From Antedon mediterranea (lineage: Eukaryota; Animalia; Echinodermata), in NCBI RefSeq assembly GCF_964355755.1, contig NC_092672.1:27162437-27226436 (forward strand): a stretch of 64,000 bases of DNA, given 5' to 3'. The position numbers and the translations under genes were made by a program. Below are positions 12,685-26,470 of this stretch, piece after piece (position 1 is the first letter of the stretch; every line of letters starts with the position of its first letter). Under the pieces are notes generated by a model. The model did not search any database. It had not been told where the DNA came from and worked only from the letters and a program-made list of their open reading frames with translations.

Positions 12685-13490
12685 TAGACTCTGTTTATTT
12701 GTTTATTTTCCTGTTTTTAACCTATGACTTTTTGTGTTGGCATGGTCATGTCATAGTTCAAAAGTCAATTTTAAGAAACCCATTACTGTCTGCTTTAGAT
12801 TGTAATAGATTTCATAGTGTCTGTTTATTTGTAGGTTTTTTTTTTCTAATTTTAACTTATGTTTTTTTTTGTGAAAATGTTTATGTCATAGTTCAAAGGT
12901 CAATATACGTTAAGAAAGTTGTACTTATTAATAGTATTGTAACTATAACTCTCAGGGAATAAGGATGTACTATTAATATTCATATGATAATAGTTTTGTT
13001 ACTACAATGTATATGCGTAGGTCAAACAAAGGTCATCTAAAATCATAGTTTAAAGTTATTTTTATTCCAAAATGTTCTAAAGGTTGATTTAATAATTATT
13101 ATATTAGTATAACTCACAGGCAATACAAATCTATAATTTTGAATAGTTTTATTAATAGTCTATACTTTTAACATTTGATGATTTAAAATATTTATTTAAA
13201 TACTATGTTTGATAATTTTATTACAAAAATAAAAGATTAGTGTAAAAATTGTATACACTAGTATTCAATAGTAAATGTATTATATAGTAATAGTAACTAT
13301 TATAAATTTATAAATATTTTTAAAGCTTTATTTCAAATAAAAATGTGATTATTTGGGGAGGGTGGTGGTGGAGGGAGTGGCTAATGTAGTTATGTACTAA
13401 TTTACAGTATTATATATAAAAGTTACCTTCAGTTCATACATATTGTATGAATATATTTTTGTATGGGTAAATTTCGTAATAAACAAAACA

Positions 13491-13955
13491 GATTTTTTAA
13501 AGTAACATAATATTGTATTTAAATAAATTCTATGTTTTAAATAATATTGCCTTATTTGTGGACGTTTTGATTGTATGTATAAATAGATTATTATGATTTA
13601 TTTCTCATTCAATTGTGCATTGTGCACATTAAGCCTACATTCACACTTGTTCCGTTTCATAAAACGGAAGACGGCGCCTTTCAATTTATTTATTTTTTTC
13701 ATTAACAAACGGCGCCGCCGTCTGTCTGACGATTTTTTAAAGTAACATAAAATTGTATTTAAATAAATTCTATGTTTTAAATAATATTGTCTTATTTGTG
13801 GACGTTTTGATTGTATGTAAAAATAGATTATTATGATTCATTTCTCGTTCAATTGTGTATTGTGCACATTAAGCCTGCATTCACACTTGTGAAGAAGACG
13901 GCGTCTTTCAATTAATTTTGTTTCATTAACAAACGGCGCCGCTGTCTGTCTTGAC
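13491..13955. repeat. ~240-bp tandem duplication downstream of the SLC43 stop codon
   Basis: gattttttaaagtaacataa begins at both 13491 and 13731, with near-identical continuation. Confidence 0.92.
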
Positions 13956-14382
13956 GTTCCGTTGACGTTTCAACCCTTAAGTTGGATCCCACTACGACTC
14001 AACACAAGGACGCAACGTAAGCGAGTTGACCAATGGCAAGCGACAGTTCGAATAATTCATCGCTTACGTTGCGTTACGCCCTTGTGCTATGTCTCTAGTG
14101 GAACCACGCATTACAGTAGGCATTGGCGCTACCTGATAGGTCGAATAACTCCATTTAAATCAATTCTCCAATTAATGCTCATGCGCATATTTTTTTACGG
14201 AAGTGCACCCGATTAATCAAATTTCTGAAATTTGACAGAAAATAGCTGAATGGCTATTTTATTCGCATTGGACCATTGATTGTAATATATTCCATTTTTA
14301 GAAATGAATTAATATTGCTGTTATTGAATTCAATTGACTACCAAACTTAACAGGGAACGATTTGGAATGCAAACGTTACTTA

Positions 14383-14560
14383 GGCGTGGTTCCCACTAGC
14401 GACGCACCACAAGGACGTAACGCAACGCAAGTGAATTGACCAATCACAAGTGATGGCTTATTCGCTTGTGATTGCTAACTGTCTATAACTTCGCTTGTCA
14501 TTGGTTAAAATGCTTGCGTTGCGTTTACGTCCTTCGTTACGTTCTAGTGGGAACCAAGCT
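14383..14560. mobile_element. Harbinger-like MITE with TTA TSD; relatives at ~11095-11232, 13980-14108, 58549-58800 and 59085-59285
   Basis: tta|ggcgtggttcccactag...ctagtgggaaccaagct|tta with internal acgcaacgcaag inverted blocks. Confidence 0.85.
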
Positions 14561-14789
14561 TTAATAGGGGACCAGCGTTATGGAACGCAAACGTTATTAA
14601 AGAGACTAAATGGCTATAATAGATGATAGTCATATTTCACTTAAATGATTAACTTTATCTTTAAAAGGCTGGAGACAAGTATATTTTTGCGTACTGTATT
14701 ATTCGTTCCTTTCAGATTTAGTAAATCACGGGCTGATCTGCACTGTCTGCAGAGTTTTCTCCGTTGATTTTGAGATCTTGCCCGATGCA

Positions 14790-15065
14790 TTAGGCCTATT
14801 TCATTTGCTATGTTTTCAAAACTGGTAACAAATCTGATTCCAGCAATTACCGTCCTATTTCAGTACTACAGATTCTTTTCTGAAGTATGCCTACTTGAAC
14901 GCCATGATCGAACTACTACCTCGCTTCGCGAACAAAATTTGGCTTTCATTCGAAAAATTATAATACAGTACATATAAAATCTACCGCATTTCTTCAGTTA
15001 AATTCAATTGATGAGGTTTTCGAAAAGGGTTAACTTGCCATTGCTGTTTTAGACTCCAGTAAAAG
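14790..15065 (+). pseudogene. Decayed CR1/L2-group LINE reverse transcriptase fragment
   Basis: Reads VFKTGNKSDSSNYRPISVLQIL, followed by frameshifted LER, FGF and IAVLD.SK remnants. Confidence 0.7.
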
Positions 15066-15994
15066 TATGATTGAACCTAGAACAAATTGTACCAGAATTT
15101 CTTTTTGTTTTGTCTGGTTGATATGGTCCAAATGAACATGTTCGTATCCAAAGTTTACCAAAACCCCACTCTAAATGATCTCAAACACTTTTATTATCCG
15201 ATTCTATTTATTCATGTTAAAATATAAAGATGAACATTTAATTAAAAAAGATAAATTATCATTAATTTGATTTTACAAGTTTTAAAACAATATAAATGTT
15301 TTTGGGTCCGATACTTTTAAAACATCACTTATTATCGTCATCATTACACGATGGCCGAATGCTTGATTAGAGAATTAAAAACAGACGAACATCATCATGA
15401 CAATTGTTAGAAACAGAGCAGACCGCCAAGTGTCAGGTTTAAACATCTTTTTATTTAATAACAAGTTTATTCAGGTATCATTTGACTGCAGAAGATATGT
15501 TGGTGTGTATGTCCAGCAACACAATATTATGAACCTCAACGACAAGACCTCCATATTATTGAAGCGTACCAACTTATTGTCATTGAAAAAAATGTATAAC
15601 TATATTGCACTACAATAGAAAACTTATACAAACGCTTGGTGTATATGCATAACAAGTATCTGCCACGACTTGACGGACCTGTATGCGTTTTGTTCATTAT
15701 CATCGGACGAGTAGACACACAAGAGAATTCTTGATCGGCAGACCCTACGCCAGTGTTCTATGTTAAATGGTCGATAATCATTTTCTGTAATTACGTAAAT
15801 TGTGTTTCCATAACCGTCATATGAATTCAGTTCCATCATTTTTCAAGCCATTCATTTTCTACGTTATCCGCAATATATCATCTGGATTTTTTTTCTCTCC
15901 TTGAACATGAACAATGTTTCCATTGCTTTGTCTATGTTCTGTGTACAATTTCAAATGTGTAGTTCTTTTGTGAAATCTTTCGTCACGTTTCAGC

Positions 15995-18900
15995 TTATTC
16001 CTTTACGTCACACGTGTCACCATTAGCCTCATTAGAACTACTTAAATGACGTATTGTGCCATGTATTTCAGATTCAATCACTGTTTTGTCTTCACTTGTT
16101 GTAATTTGGTCAGATGGATTGGACAATTTCCTTTGATAAAAAAAGAATATTCAGTGAATATAGGAAGATGGTATAAATGTTTACAATTAAAGTGGAGTGA
16201 GCCCACGAAAGACAAAAATTCATAACGTAAAGATGAACATACTTTACTCCCATCAAGAAAGTTGATCCGCTTTTAATGTTGTTGCCGTTGACGCCATTGC
16301 TGCAAATAATATTATAAAATGTTAAAATAGAAACGGCATTTCTCCAGGTAAATAATTGTTTTCGATCTATTTTTTTTGGTTAAAGCGAATAACTATTATG
16401 TGACATTAAAATAATAAAACCAAATGTTCAATATATCTTTAAAACTGTTACGTCAACAAGCGAGCGGCGTTTTTTGAAAGAAAGTAAGAAATATTCCTTT
16501 TTTAATTGTGTGTCCCGTAGTACGGTACGGGCTGATTAGGCTAATTCACTAAAACCTTGTTAATGTGAATTTGGTGTAATGGTTATGTTTTCAGCCTGGC
16601 ACAGTATACACAAACATACAGGGGTGAAAACATAACCTCCTTGGCGTAGGTGACGTAATACATGTCTTCAACGGAATTAACATTCAGTTTATTAAAAGTA
16701 AGTAAAATAATAATAATTCCATGACGTCTGCAATGAAATTGTTGACAACTGGGACAATAATAACGACGACGATGATGATGATATAAATTAGATAATGAGA
16801 TGATAATGAAGATCCTTATATGATATATTGTGATCCCAATGTTAACAACTAAGATGATATAAAATAAATAACGATGATGACGTCAACGAAACGAACGCGA
16901 TGTTTATGAAGACTATAATGAAGACGATGATGATTATAAATGTTATCATGATGAAACTGATGAGGATGATAATGATGGCGATGATGATGATGATGACGAA
17001 GACGATGGTGATGACGAAGACGATGGTGATGAGAAGGAGGAGGAGAATGATGACGTTATTATAATGAAGATGAAATCATATTCATAATATTACCTTGCAT
17101 TCTGTGATTCTATTTTTGCAAGTTCATATGTTGATTTGTCTTTCTCTGGCTCTTCTACTCCGGGATACATGTTATACACGCTTCCCCGATATAGATCATT
17201 TTCTGTATCAACTCTGTATACAATAATAACAACAATGTCTGTGTAATATCAAGGTAATTGAAAATTATGGTGCTGAGCTCCGGAGATCAAAGGGTTTATC
17301 TGTGGCTGCGACACGATCAGTTCCACGCCATTTAAGACAAGGCGTGCTGCGGAGAATATTACGTACATTATAGTACAGTACCGTACTCTGTTGGTATTTG
17401 TTGGCAGCCAGACATAAGATCAAGGAGTTCTTATCCGGAAAAGGCGAGCTCAGTGTCTTATTGTCAGATTAATAATTATTTTAAAAAAAACCAAATACTG
17501 ATCTTAATTATTAATTAAGACTAGACCTGAGACACATTTTTAAATTTATTATAACATTAGGCCTACCTGGATTGGTTCACCTCTTCTGACGATGATTGAC
17601 AGGGAGGAAAGCAAACACACAAAAAACAAATCAGGAAAATGAAGGCTGCTGCCAGTGATATCAGACTGCCGTATAAGAACCACTCGCGCTCAATATCTGA
17701 TGATGTTTCTGAAATAAATACGATAACTTCGGTATTTGTTTCAAATGTTGCCATCACAAGTTTATACCTTACCTCTACCTTTACCATTAGGAAACTAATA
17801 CACACAATGGTTGATGGACGATATATGGTACATTTTTTTCATATGCATTTAACAGCGAGCAACTCGCCAATTACAGGATGGAAAAACTAGTATTAGAATT
17901 CATTGTTCTTATCAACTAAGTCTCATTTTAAGCTGAGGGAGTGGTGTTTAAAGAGCCGTGAGTAGGTCAGGATTAAACCATGGATCCTAGACCCGAAGAT
18001 TGGAGACGAGAACGTTAAACACAACGCTACAGATCCCCTACAATTAAGAAACAGGATTGAACTATATTTGCTCATTAATTAAGTTTGAGACAACTTTCCA
18101 TATTGATTTGAATTAATGAAATATTAGGCAATGTTCACAATCTTTTTTCTGTGTTTTTATATCAAGTAATCGTTTCTAATTTTAGGGTACTTAATTCTTT
18201 AAACAGTCGAATTCGAAGAAATTCGAAAGTACTAACCTAAAGATGCAACCGAGTCATCAGCAGCTGATACCTGTTGATAGAGAAGATGCATTATATTAAG
18301 TAAAAATAGTGTAGAAAAATAGAAGATGATTACAATGAAATAGCTATAATTAAAGTTCAATAATTTGTTAAACAATATATCAATTCTATAGTTTTAAGCA
18401 ACAATGATATTCATTATTTTTTTAACCTTTTGATATTGTAACTGTAAATTTCATTTATTTGTGTTTTTCTGTATGGATATTGATGGATCTTTTAATTCGA
18501 TTGTAACGAGTAGTCGTAAAGTGTTATGTCCCATTACAGATTATTTATGTCATGTCTATAATGTTTGGTCATGTTTATAGTTTCCGTCGTTGTTCAAGCT
18601 GTCCACTGTTCAGGTTTAAGTTTCCGTCTTCCTAGACACTGTTCAGACCTATCATAACAAGCCTACAGACACTAATCTTCATCTGGCCTGAATTACGCGT
18701 GCAGTACCTCCTATCTACTTGAAATTAGTGAAACGTGAGTGCTCAAACCCTTGTGATCATTCATTTGGTTTAGAGTAAGGCCTATAATCCATTGAACATT
18801 CCAATGGTTTAAGATATGAGATTTATGCGTTTACTGCGTCTTTTGTTACAAAAGCTCTGTGATAAAGATGTTTGCTACATTATAATAACTGTATGGGAAT

Positions 18901-19347
18901 TATTTTAAAGGTTAGGTTCTGTTAAAACACATAATTTATTTATCTATGATAACAGATTATGTTTATTACTGTGTCTTTTGTATATTATATTAGAAAAGCT
19001 CTGCCATACAGATATTTGCCAGATTATAACAACTGCATAGAACTTATTTTTAAGTTTAGGTTATGTTAAAAACACATAGGCCTATGACATGGAATCTGTT
19101 TATGATAAGATTATGACGTTGCCTAGATATACAAGCTAGTACAATAAAGTATTGAAATTGCCACTACGTCAGGTATAGGTAAGGTCCTAATGTTTGAATA
19201 AGGACCAAAACTGTGGTGGGTACAACAATAATATTGTCTTACCGTATTCATTAGGCATACCTGTGGGGTAAGGCACACCAAAAACCAAAACAGGCTTCGA
19301 CACGACCCTATGCATATATATGAACCTGCATATTTATATACCTCCAT
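15995..19347 (-). CDS. Uncharacterised single-pass membrane protein, 6 coding exons, 197 aa
   Basis: Minus-strand exons 19347-19243, 18270-18237, 17708-17567, 17213-17094, 16299-16243, 16130-15995. All GT-AG, phases 0/1/2/2/2, 594 nt open to TAA. TM segment WFLYGSLISLAAAFIFLICFLCVCF. UTR acceptor near 19571 and an upstream donor at 20125. Confidence 0.75.
16760..17070. repeat. (GAT/GAC)n low-complexity tract within an intron
   Basis: Irregular gatgatgacgaa repeats interrupted by stop codons. Confidence 0.85.
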
Positions 19348-22300
19348 GTTTTCTTCAGAAAACTTGCAACAGCTCCACTACAATACAACTTCCTCAGTCC
19401 GGATAAAGTTATATAATGAGCCGTTCTCTACAGTACACTATCTTGAGTTGAGGTACAGGAATGTGACATCATAAACTCCCAATAATGGCAAAAGGTGGTG
19501 TAGTTACAGCGATCCCTGTCTCTTTACATTCTTTCACACCAACTTAAACACACTGTGGGTTTTACAAAACCTGTAAATAGAAATATAATATAATAGAAAG
19601 AATGTAAGTTATTCAATTTTTTCTACAGGTTATTCAAGCACTGCCAGTATACATTACAATGCAATCTATTATTATCATTGTCGAAACGAAAGTACGGGTA
19701 CTGCCAATAAAAACATGTTTACATAGTCTTGACTATATAGGCCTACCACATGTAGGCCTACATTTTAGGACTCGAACTTCATTCGAATGTGTTTTTTTTT
19801 TTACATTAAGCACTTCCCGTAATCATGACAAAAATTCATTCAAGAACGAGTTTTTCCTTATTTAAAGTAAATCATCGAAAAGGAGTCATTAAAAATATTC
19901 TTTGCTTTCTTCTTCTTTCAAACGCAAACTAGTACATTTGTAATGAAATTCGACATACAATTATAAAATAACGTGATCATTTCAGCACAAGTTTTCACTC
20001 AAGTATCCGTGGATTTAACTTGTGCATAAGTTACCGAAAAAAAAAAATAAACAAATTGCCTGTTGTGTTTGCAATAAGGTAATAGTGGATCGCTCTTGGT
20101 GCAATAAACTTCGAAATGGTCTTACCTTTGTGTACATAAACCTTGGCTCCGCCTCCTAACTTATAACTACATAATTGGTATCAAATACAATATCTTAAAC
20201 ATTAACTAAATCCAGGTGAAATATTAGAAGAAATTTATCCTACGGATACTAAATGTATTGTCATTGTCAATGAGAAGCACAGACAGTACCAGCTGCCCGA
20301 CAATCACCGTGTGTGATCAACAGATTCATAAAATCTCTTCAGTACTTCCTTCTTTTGTAGCTAACTAATCACCCGGTGGAGGTTTCATGCTTCAATAAAA
20401 ATACGTTTACATATCAAACGAATTATAAAGATTTAAATCCTTTACAGCTTTATAATTAAAGACACAATAGCAATGATAGTCATCGTGTTAATCGTCACAA
20501 TCGACCTATTATGTTTATGCGAACCAGATGAAACATTCTTGCAGGGGAATTTTTATATTGTAAATAAATTTTGCTAAGCATAGTATTATCATTCGTAAGG
20601 TCGACAAATCTTTCCAAACCGACAACTCGGGTTTGGTGTGATCCATGCCTTTAGGCCTAAAGTGTTTGTATTATTCTAATGGAGGATATAATGATTTTTA
20701 GACTTTTGGAATATTTTAATGTAGACAGAGAATAGTGTGCCTGTCAATACCCATTCCACAGATATTTGCAGATTTACTATAACAAAATTAGCTTGTATCT
20801 TATAAAAATGTTCAGTTTACAAAGTCTAATCAATATAAAAATGACCACAACAATTATAGTTGAATTTGATCACAGGAGTCCTTCGTTCGTCAGAAGAGCC
20901 GGTCAAAATCCACCACTTATAACAGAAATCTTCAAAATATACTCGCTCGTTGTTCAACCGCTCAAAAAAAAGAACATGTTCGTTCAGCTGCGCTATAAAA
21001 GATACTATTTTTGCGTTTATTTTTGTTTATATTAATAGCCCTATTTCATACCCGGCGGCTATAAATGTAATAGTAGGCCTAACTGTGATAATTCTATTGG
21101 ATTTTACTTTATTTGAAAGATAATTTACAATGACAATTTATGTCAATCACCGTCAAACAAAATTAATGGAACATCCTAAAAAATGGTATCTCCCATTACA
21201 AATTTCCATAACCTTTGGATCATACTATTATTATATATACAGTAGATAATAGAACCGTGAGTAAACTTGATGGTAGAATGTATGTATTATTAACCGTATC
21301 CATTGTGTTTACCGTAACCGGTTGCTACGCTAGAAACAATGTCATAAACCAAGTGTGTTCTAGGCCGATCGATCTATTCCTTTGAATGCGTTGAAAAGAC
21401 CCAGCCAATGATTTATTTACCGCAAATACTTCAAGATCGGTATTCTAGAAAAGTCAAGAGCATGTAACACAACATTGGTAAGAAGGCTAAGTTAAATAAT
21501 TATGATGTTTTTGATACTTTAAAGAGGCCTAATACAGTGTAGGACGTAAATAAAAGCGACGACACAGCCCATTTTTAATAATAGGAAATATTGGATTATA
21601 GGATAGATAGGCCTACTATATGACCCAGGATAACTAATTGTGTAAGGGCTACAGACGATCGAATCGGTAAGTTTTTGTTGGGGTTTATTTTGGATTTACA
21701 CGAGTCCTACCAATCATTGGAAACTTGAAAACGGTAGATAAAGTTTTGGCAGATTCAGTTAACGACACAATTACAAACTTATAGGGCAAAACTAATTTCC
21801 GTTAGAATAGTTTTCTTCTAAGGCTGTGTAAACAAAAATACTAAATTCTAACATAACTGTAATGTTTTGGGAATTTAATAAAAGTAACAATATTTAAGAC
21901 ATTAATTGTCAAATATATTCATCTACTGAGTGACTTATTTTCCTCTGCTGCATTATCTGTATTGAATATTGTTGATCATTGTCAACAAATTAAAATGTAC
22001 AGTTGGCCGTGCTGCTAATGGTCATGTTTATACTGTAGACCGCTCAACTTTCTTCGATTTCCACATTACCATTAAATAATTTTGATTTTATGTGTAAAGA
22101 AGAATCGCGAGGTACTTTACCTTATTACTTTCTAATGGATACAACCTAGCCTATACCTCCATAATACATCTCTATCTGCCAACAAAAAAATAACAAGTTG
22201 AGCATTCTATGCCTAAACATTCAAACAAACCAATCCGTTTTCTTATCTTTATCTTGTATTTTACTCAATTTTGTTTACTTTAATCGGCATTTATGTGTCT

Positions 22301-24517
22301 GGGACCAGGATGTAGCCCACCAACAGCAAAGTTGAGTATTCTGTAGCTTAACCATGCAAACAAACCAACCCATTTTATATTCTTTGTCTTGTATTTTACT
22401 CGCTAAAAATGACATTGATGTGTTTTGAACCAGGGTTTACCAACAAGGTTGTTTATATCCAAATCCGTTTTCTTATCTTTATCTTTGTTTTACTTTACCC
22501 CTTTTATATTATTGTCCAAGTTGTTTACTTTGTTAAATGTAATAAATACGGCTATTACTCATTGCTGTGGAAAAAAAGTTAAGTTATGCCATACAGTATT
22601 CAGAATGTCTTCATAAATAAAGATGTCAGCCTAGACAAAAAAAAAGGTCTTTCAATTTGTCAAAATTGTCTGTAAATATACCTTGCATGCTCTGATTAAA
22701 TTTAAATTTAGAAAACAAAATCATAATATTAAAACAGATAATGGCATTTCCGTAGCGTGGTATTCTTCTATTAATAAACCTGTTGAATAGAACACATACT
22801 GTATTATCGACTTTATTCTGTATCTAAATACCACGTTAGAACAGCAATATGCTAAAAAAAACGGAGGAAATTTAAAAAAAATGTCAGGAAATTGATAGGA
22901 AATCTGCGTCGGTGATTCTCAGTCGATGCGGCTAAACAACCTCTTATAAAAACAAATGAAAATGGTAGTCATTGATTGGCTAAAATGCAATAGGCCTACG
23001 CAATTTACATCACAAGAATTTGTATGCACATTCAAATTCTTGAACCAAGACAAGATTTGAACCATTGACCCTGGGTTAATAAATTAATTTAAAAAAAAAC
23101 AGTTCCACTAAAATTGCTCATATTATAATTATATGATTTATATATATTGTTATATGTGTTTGACAAATCTTGAAGATCCCACCATTAATAATCTAAAGTA
23201 TTGATGAATAGATCCGAATGTCAGCAAACCGATGCAAGTAGTAGCAGAATGAATACTGAATTCAAAAGACGCAATTAATCTTTTCTTTTTGTTGATGTAG
23301 ATTATATGAAGTAAGGAGATAATAAATGACATAATTAGTACAGTTCAGTCTTTTAATGTAATGTAATGTATGCTTGTGCTTGTATAATAACCAATTTTGT
23401 TTGAACACCTCAAATTTCATTAGCAATTTCACCAATATTTTTTTGGAAATTTATTTAATTTATTTCTTTTACATTCAAACATGGAATGCTGAATTTAGTT
23501 TTTTAAGAATAATACAATAAAATGTAGTATCCGAGAAAAAAAAACCAAAAATTCATTATACTCGGCTATAAATATCAGGGTACAAATTGAGAAAAAAAAA
23601 TCAATCATCAAGACATAGATACATACACTTGGTAGACGAAAGTATGCCCGCTGTAAAGGAATTAAAACATGAACAAAATCACTTCAGTAGAAAAAAAAAT
23701 TATTATTTCATTTTCAAAAATGACTAAATAAAGGGTCAAATTTGGTCAAACAACAATTGTCTGAGAGACAATTTTACGAACTGCATTATCAAATTACATT
23801 TTTTTGGGTTAATAAATTTGTGTTTAAAATGGAATATTAAAAAAATGTAAAAAAAACTCATTCAAAACTAACCAAAAGATGACAAGTTTATTTCTTAAGC
23901 TTTGCTACTAAACACCTGTTCTATAAAATTAATTCTACGGGAAATGGACAACGTATATACGTTTTCACATGATAATTTCACTAAACTACTTGATTCCACT
24001 CACTATAGGCCTACTGAAATCAAATATTAAGTCAATATTAGCATTCGAAATCGAACAACCCCAATAAAAGCGATAATACCCAAGCAGTTCATATGGGACG
24101 TCTCAATTATATGGTTATTGTTTAAATAGGCTAACAGTAAAATGTATTTTGGGAGAAGTTCCAGAATACACGAATAGTTAAAATAAAATCTTAGGCTTAT
24201 AACATAATCCATTTTCTTTATCTAATTGACTTTCAATAATTTCACTTGAATTATTGGCAACCATTAAAAAAATATCTTTCTAATAATTGACCTTCTTATT
24301 CTTTATTTTGCAGATTGAAATTTAATTGGAAATACTTGAGCGCATTATTTTGCCATTAACAACCACATAGCTGCCACCTGCTACCCGTAACCATGGAGAT
24401 AGAACGCTTAAATAAGCCAAGTTCATAAGATGTTCTTATGCTGACATCATTATGAATAAATTAAGCTGACAAACATGTTTCTATGTATCAGAGGTAGACT
24501 TGTTTTACTAAATCAAA

Positions 24518-26470
24518 ATGCTTCGTATTTTTGTTGCTAACGAAGGTAACCGCTGTTCCCTTGACGTTGCAACCACTGACAATGTTGGTAAAGTGAAAGC
24601 CAAAGTGCAGGATGTGTTTGAGATCGACACACGAAGCAGCGGCGAGAAAAAGTTTATTGTTTTGACGTACCATGGTTCAGAGCTTCAAGATGATTGGGAA
24701 TTCGGTGACATCGGCATCATGGCAGGTGCAACATTGCGATGCAGCCTCAAAGAGGAAGTCACTCCAAAGCTGTATGTTAACACGTCGTATAATGACGAGA
24801 CCGTAGAAATTGCGGACCATATTAAGTTCCACACGGATACTGTAGGTGATCTGCGCTCGATTATCGCCTTTAAAACAGGTTTACCAGTTACAACATTTAG
24901 ACTAATAACTATTGGTGGAAAGGAGATGTTTGACCCTATAAAACTCGATAATTATGGCATTGAATTGGCAAGTCGAGTGACGCTAGAAACGTGGGATGGA
25001 TGGAATGAGTTCCTTAAAGCATCCATGATTGGACATACAGCACAGGTTATCCATCACATGTCACAAGAAGAAACTATCGCTAGGTTTCAGAGTCGAGTGG
25101 CGTTATTCATCGCCGCGCATTACGGGCACATGGATCTAGCGACTGCGATGTTACGGAATGGCGTGCGATCCGATGAACCAGTCGGCGATCATCCGTCAAG
25201 AGAATGGTGTCCTAGCAGTCACGTGGACACCTACCGCACGCCCGTTCACGAAGCTGTAATTACCGGACAAATTAGTATTCTGCGTATTTTTGTTTATCAC
25301 AATATATGCTGTGTGACTTGTAAGGATGGGAATGGGTTAACGCCATTAAATGTTGCTCTCAGACGACAAAAACGCGAAGTCGCTTTGTACCTCCTAACCA
25401 AGCAATGGTCGAATGTCCAGTTTAGTGCAATGACTCTTCCATTAACCATTTATTCACAGATTAGAAAGTGGTGCGACCGGGCAAAAGATCGTGTCCAACT
25501 TATACACGGCCCGGGTAGATCGAGCATGCGCTACAGAAGAGCCAAACAAACTGGTGCTCTGTGTGGACAAGGAGTCCACGTTGACGGTTTTACAGAAAGC
25601 GCACTGAATTCAAATTCAAAAGGACGAAACAACGAACAAGTTAAATCCAAAAGTCTTGCTCTTGTACGAAAATATATAACTCCTTACGAACCTCAGACAG
25701 AGGCTGTTTCAGAAGCAAAACTTCCTAGAATAGAGACAGTTAAAACTCCATCTTTGGTTGCAATATATCGACGGAAAGTTCAGGAGAATAAGACAACACG
25801 TAAACATACCGTGAACCTAAATAGATTTGACAAAAACATTGCATTACCTAAGATTATTGAAAGAAGGTCGACACAAAATCTCCTAACAACAAAAGGTGGT
25901 ACATCATCACGGGCATATATACGTACACCGTCGGATAAAAAACGACCACAAATTGATGATAATTTGAAATTACAGCGATCGTTTAATCCCCCGACGTTTT
26001 CAAAATCCTTTCACGAACGGGAAAAGCAGAGAAGAACGAGGAAGAAGGACGCAAACATAGAAAGCGCTATTCCTTTACCGGTTTCAAGTACGGATGCCGC
26101 CCCAGAAAGACCGTTCTATTTCTGTCGCTCACAAGACGATAATATTCCCCGTCTTACCGTTGACTTGTACGAAGATACGACGGGAACAACGACATGGGAA
26201 CGAGCGATTGAATCATTGACGATCGCGTCGACGTTCACGGAAAAACCGTGGCTCCACCAGGTCCGTCTAGCGATGAGTCTTTCTAAACAACATGTTAAGA
26301 AATTAGGAAAGGGCTACAAAGTGCGAAAAGGCAAGCGGAATAAAACTTCATCACTGACGTCATCAGAAAGTTCAAACCTACAGGATGAATTAAAGAACGA
26401 CAAAATGGAAAACGAAACACAAATTATAACGAACACTGAAATGATGGCCGGTATAGGCCTAAAGTCTTAA
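24518..26470 (+). CDS. ANKUB1: Ankyrin repeat and ubiquitin domain-containing protein 1, single coding exon, 650 aa
   Basis: Two ubiquitin-like domains (MLRIFVA..; TVGDLR..TGLPV..L.TWDGW.EFL), then ankyrin repeats (RVALFIAAHYGH, TPVHEA, TPLNVA) and G.HP.R.WC, matching recalled ANKUB1. Acceptor tttgcag ends at 24313; likely UTR donors near 21478 and 21667. Confidence 0.92.
   Translation: MLRIFVANEGNRCSLDVATTDNVGKVKAKVQDVFEIDTRSSGEKKFIVLTYHGSELQDDWEFGDIGIMAGATLRCSLKEEVTPKLYVNTSYNDETVEIADHIKFHTDTVGDLRSIIAFKTGLPVTTFRLITIGGKEMFDPIKLDNYGIELASRVTLETWDGWNEFLKASMIGHTAQVIHHMSQEETIARFQSRVALFIAAHYGHMDLATAMLRNGVRSDEPVGDHPSREWCPSSHVDTYRTPVHEAVITGQISILRIFVYHNICCVTCKDGNGLTPLNVALRRQKREVALYLLTKQWSNVQFSAMTLPLTIYSQIRKWCDRAKDRVQLIHGPGRSSMRYRRAKQTGALCGQGVHVDGFTESALNSNSKGRNNEQVKSKSLALVRKYITPYEPQTEAVSEAKLPRIETVKTPSLVAIYRRKVQENKTTRKHTVNLNRFDKNIALPKIIERRSTQNLLTTKGGTSSRAYIRTPSDKKRPQIDDNLKLQRSFNPPTFSKSFHEREKQRRTRKKDANIESAIPLPVSSTDAAPERPFYFCRSQDDNIPRLTVDLYEDTTGTTTWERAIESLTIASTFTEKPWLHQVRLAMSLSKQHVKKLGKGYKVRKGKRNKTSSLTSSESSNLQDELKNDKMENETQIITNTEMMAGIGLKS

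Noticed and set aside
15624-15839. 71-aa minus-strand ORF
   Set aside because: Lies downstream of the orphan gene's stop codon (probable 3' UTR) and has no recognisable motif.
16760-17070. Acidic Asp-rich coding stretch
   Set aside because: Interrupted by stops, and lies inside an intron of the minus-strand gene.
17773-17794. Possible 22-nt microexon in the orphan membrane gene
   Set aside because: Its phase is incompatible with inclusion between the neighbouring exons, and the model is complete without it.
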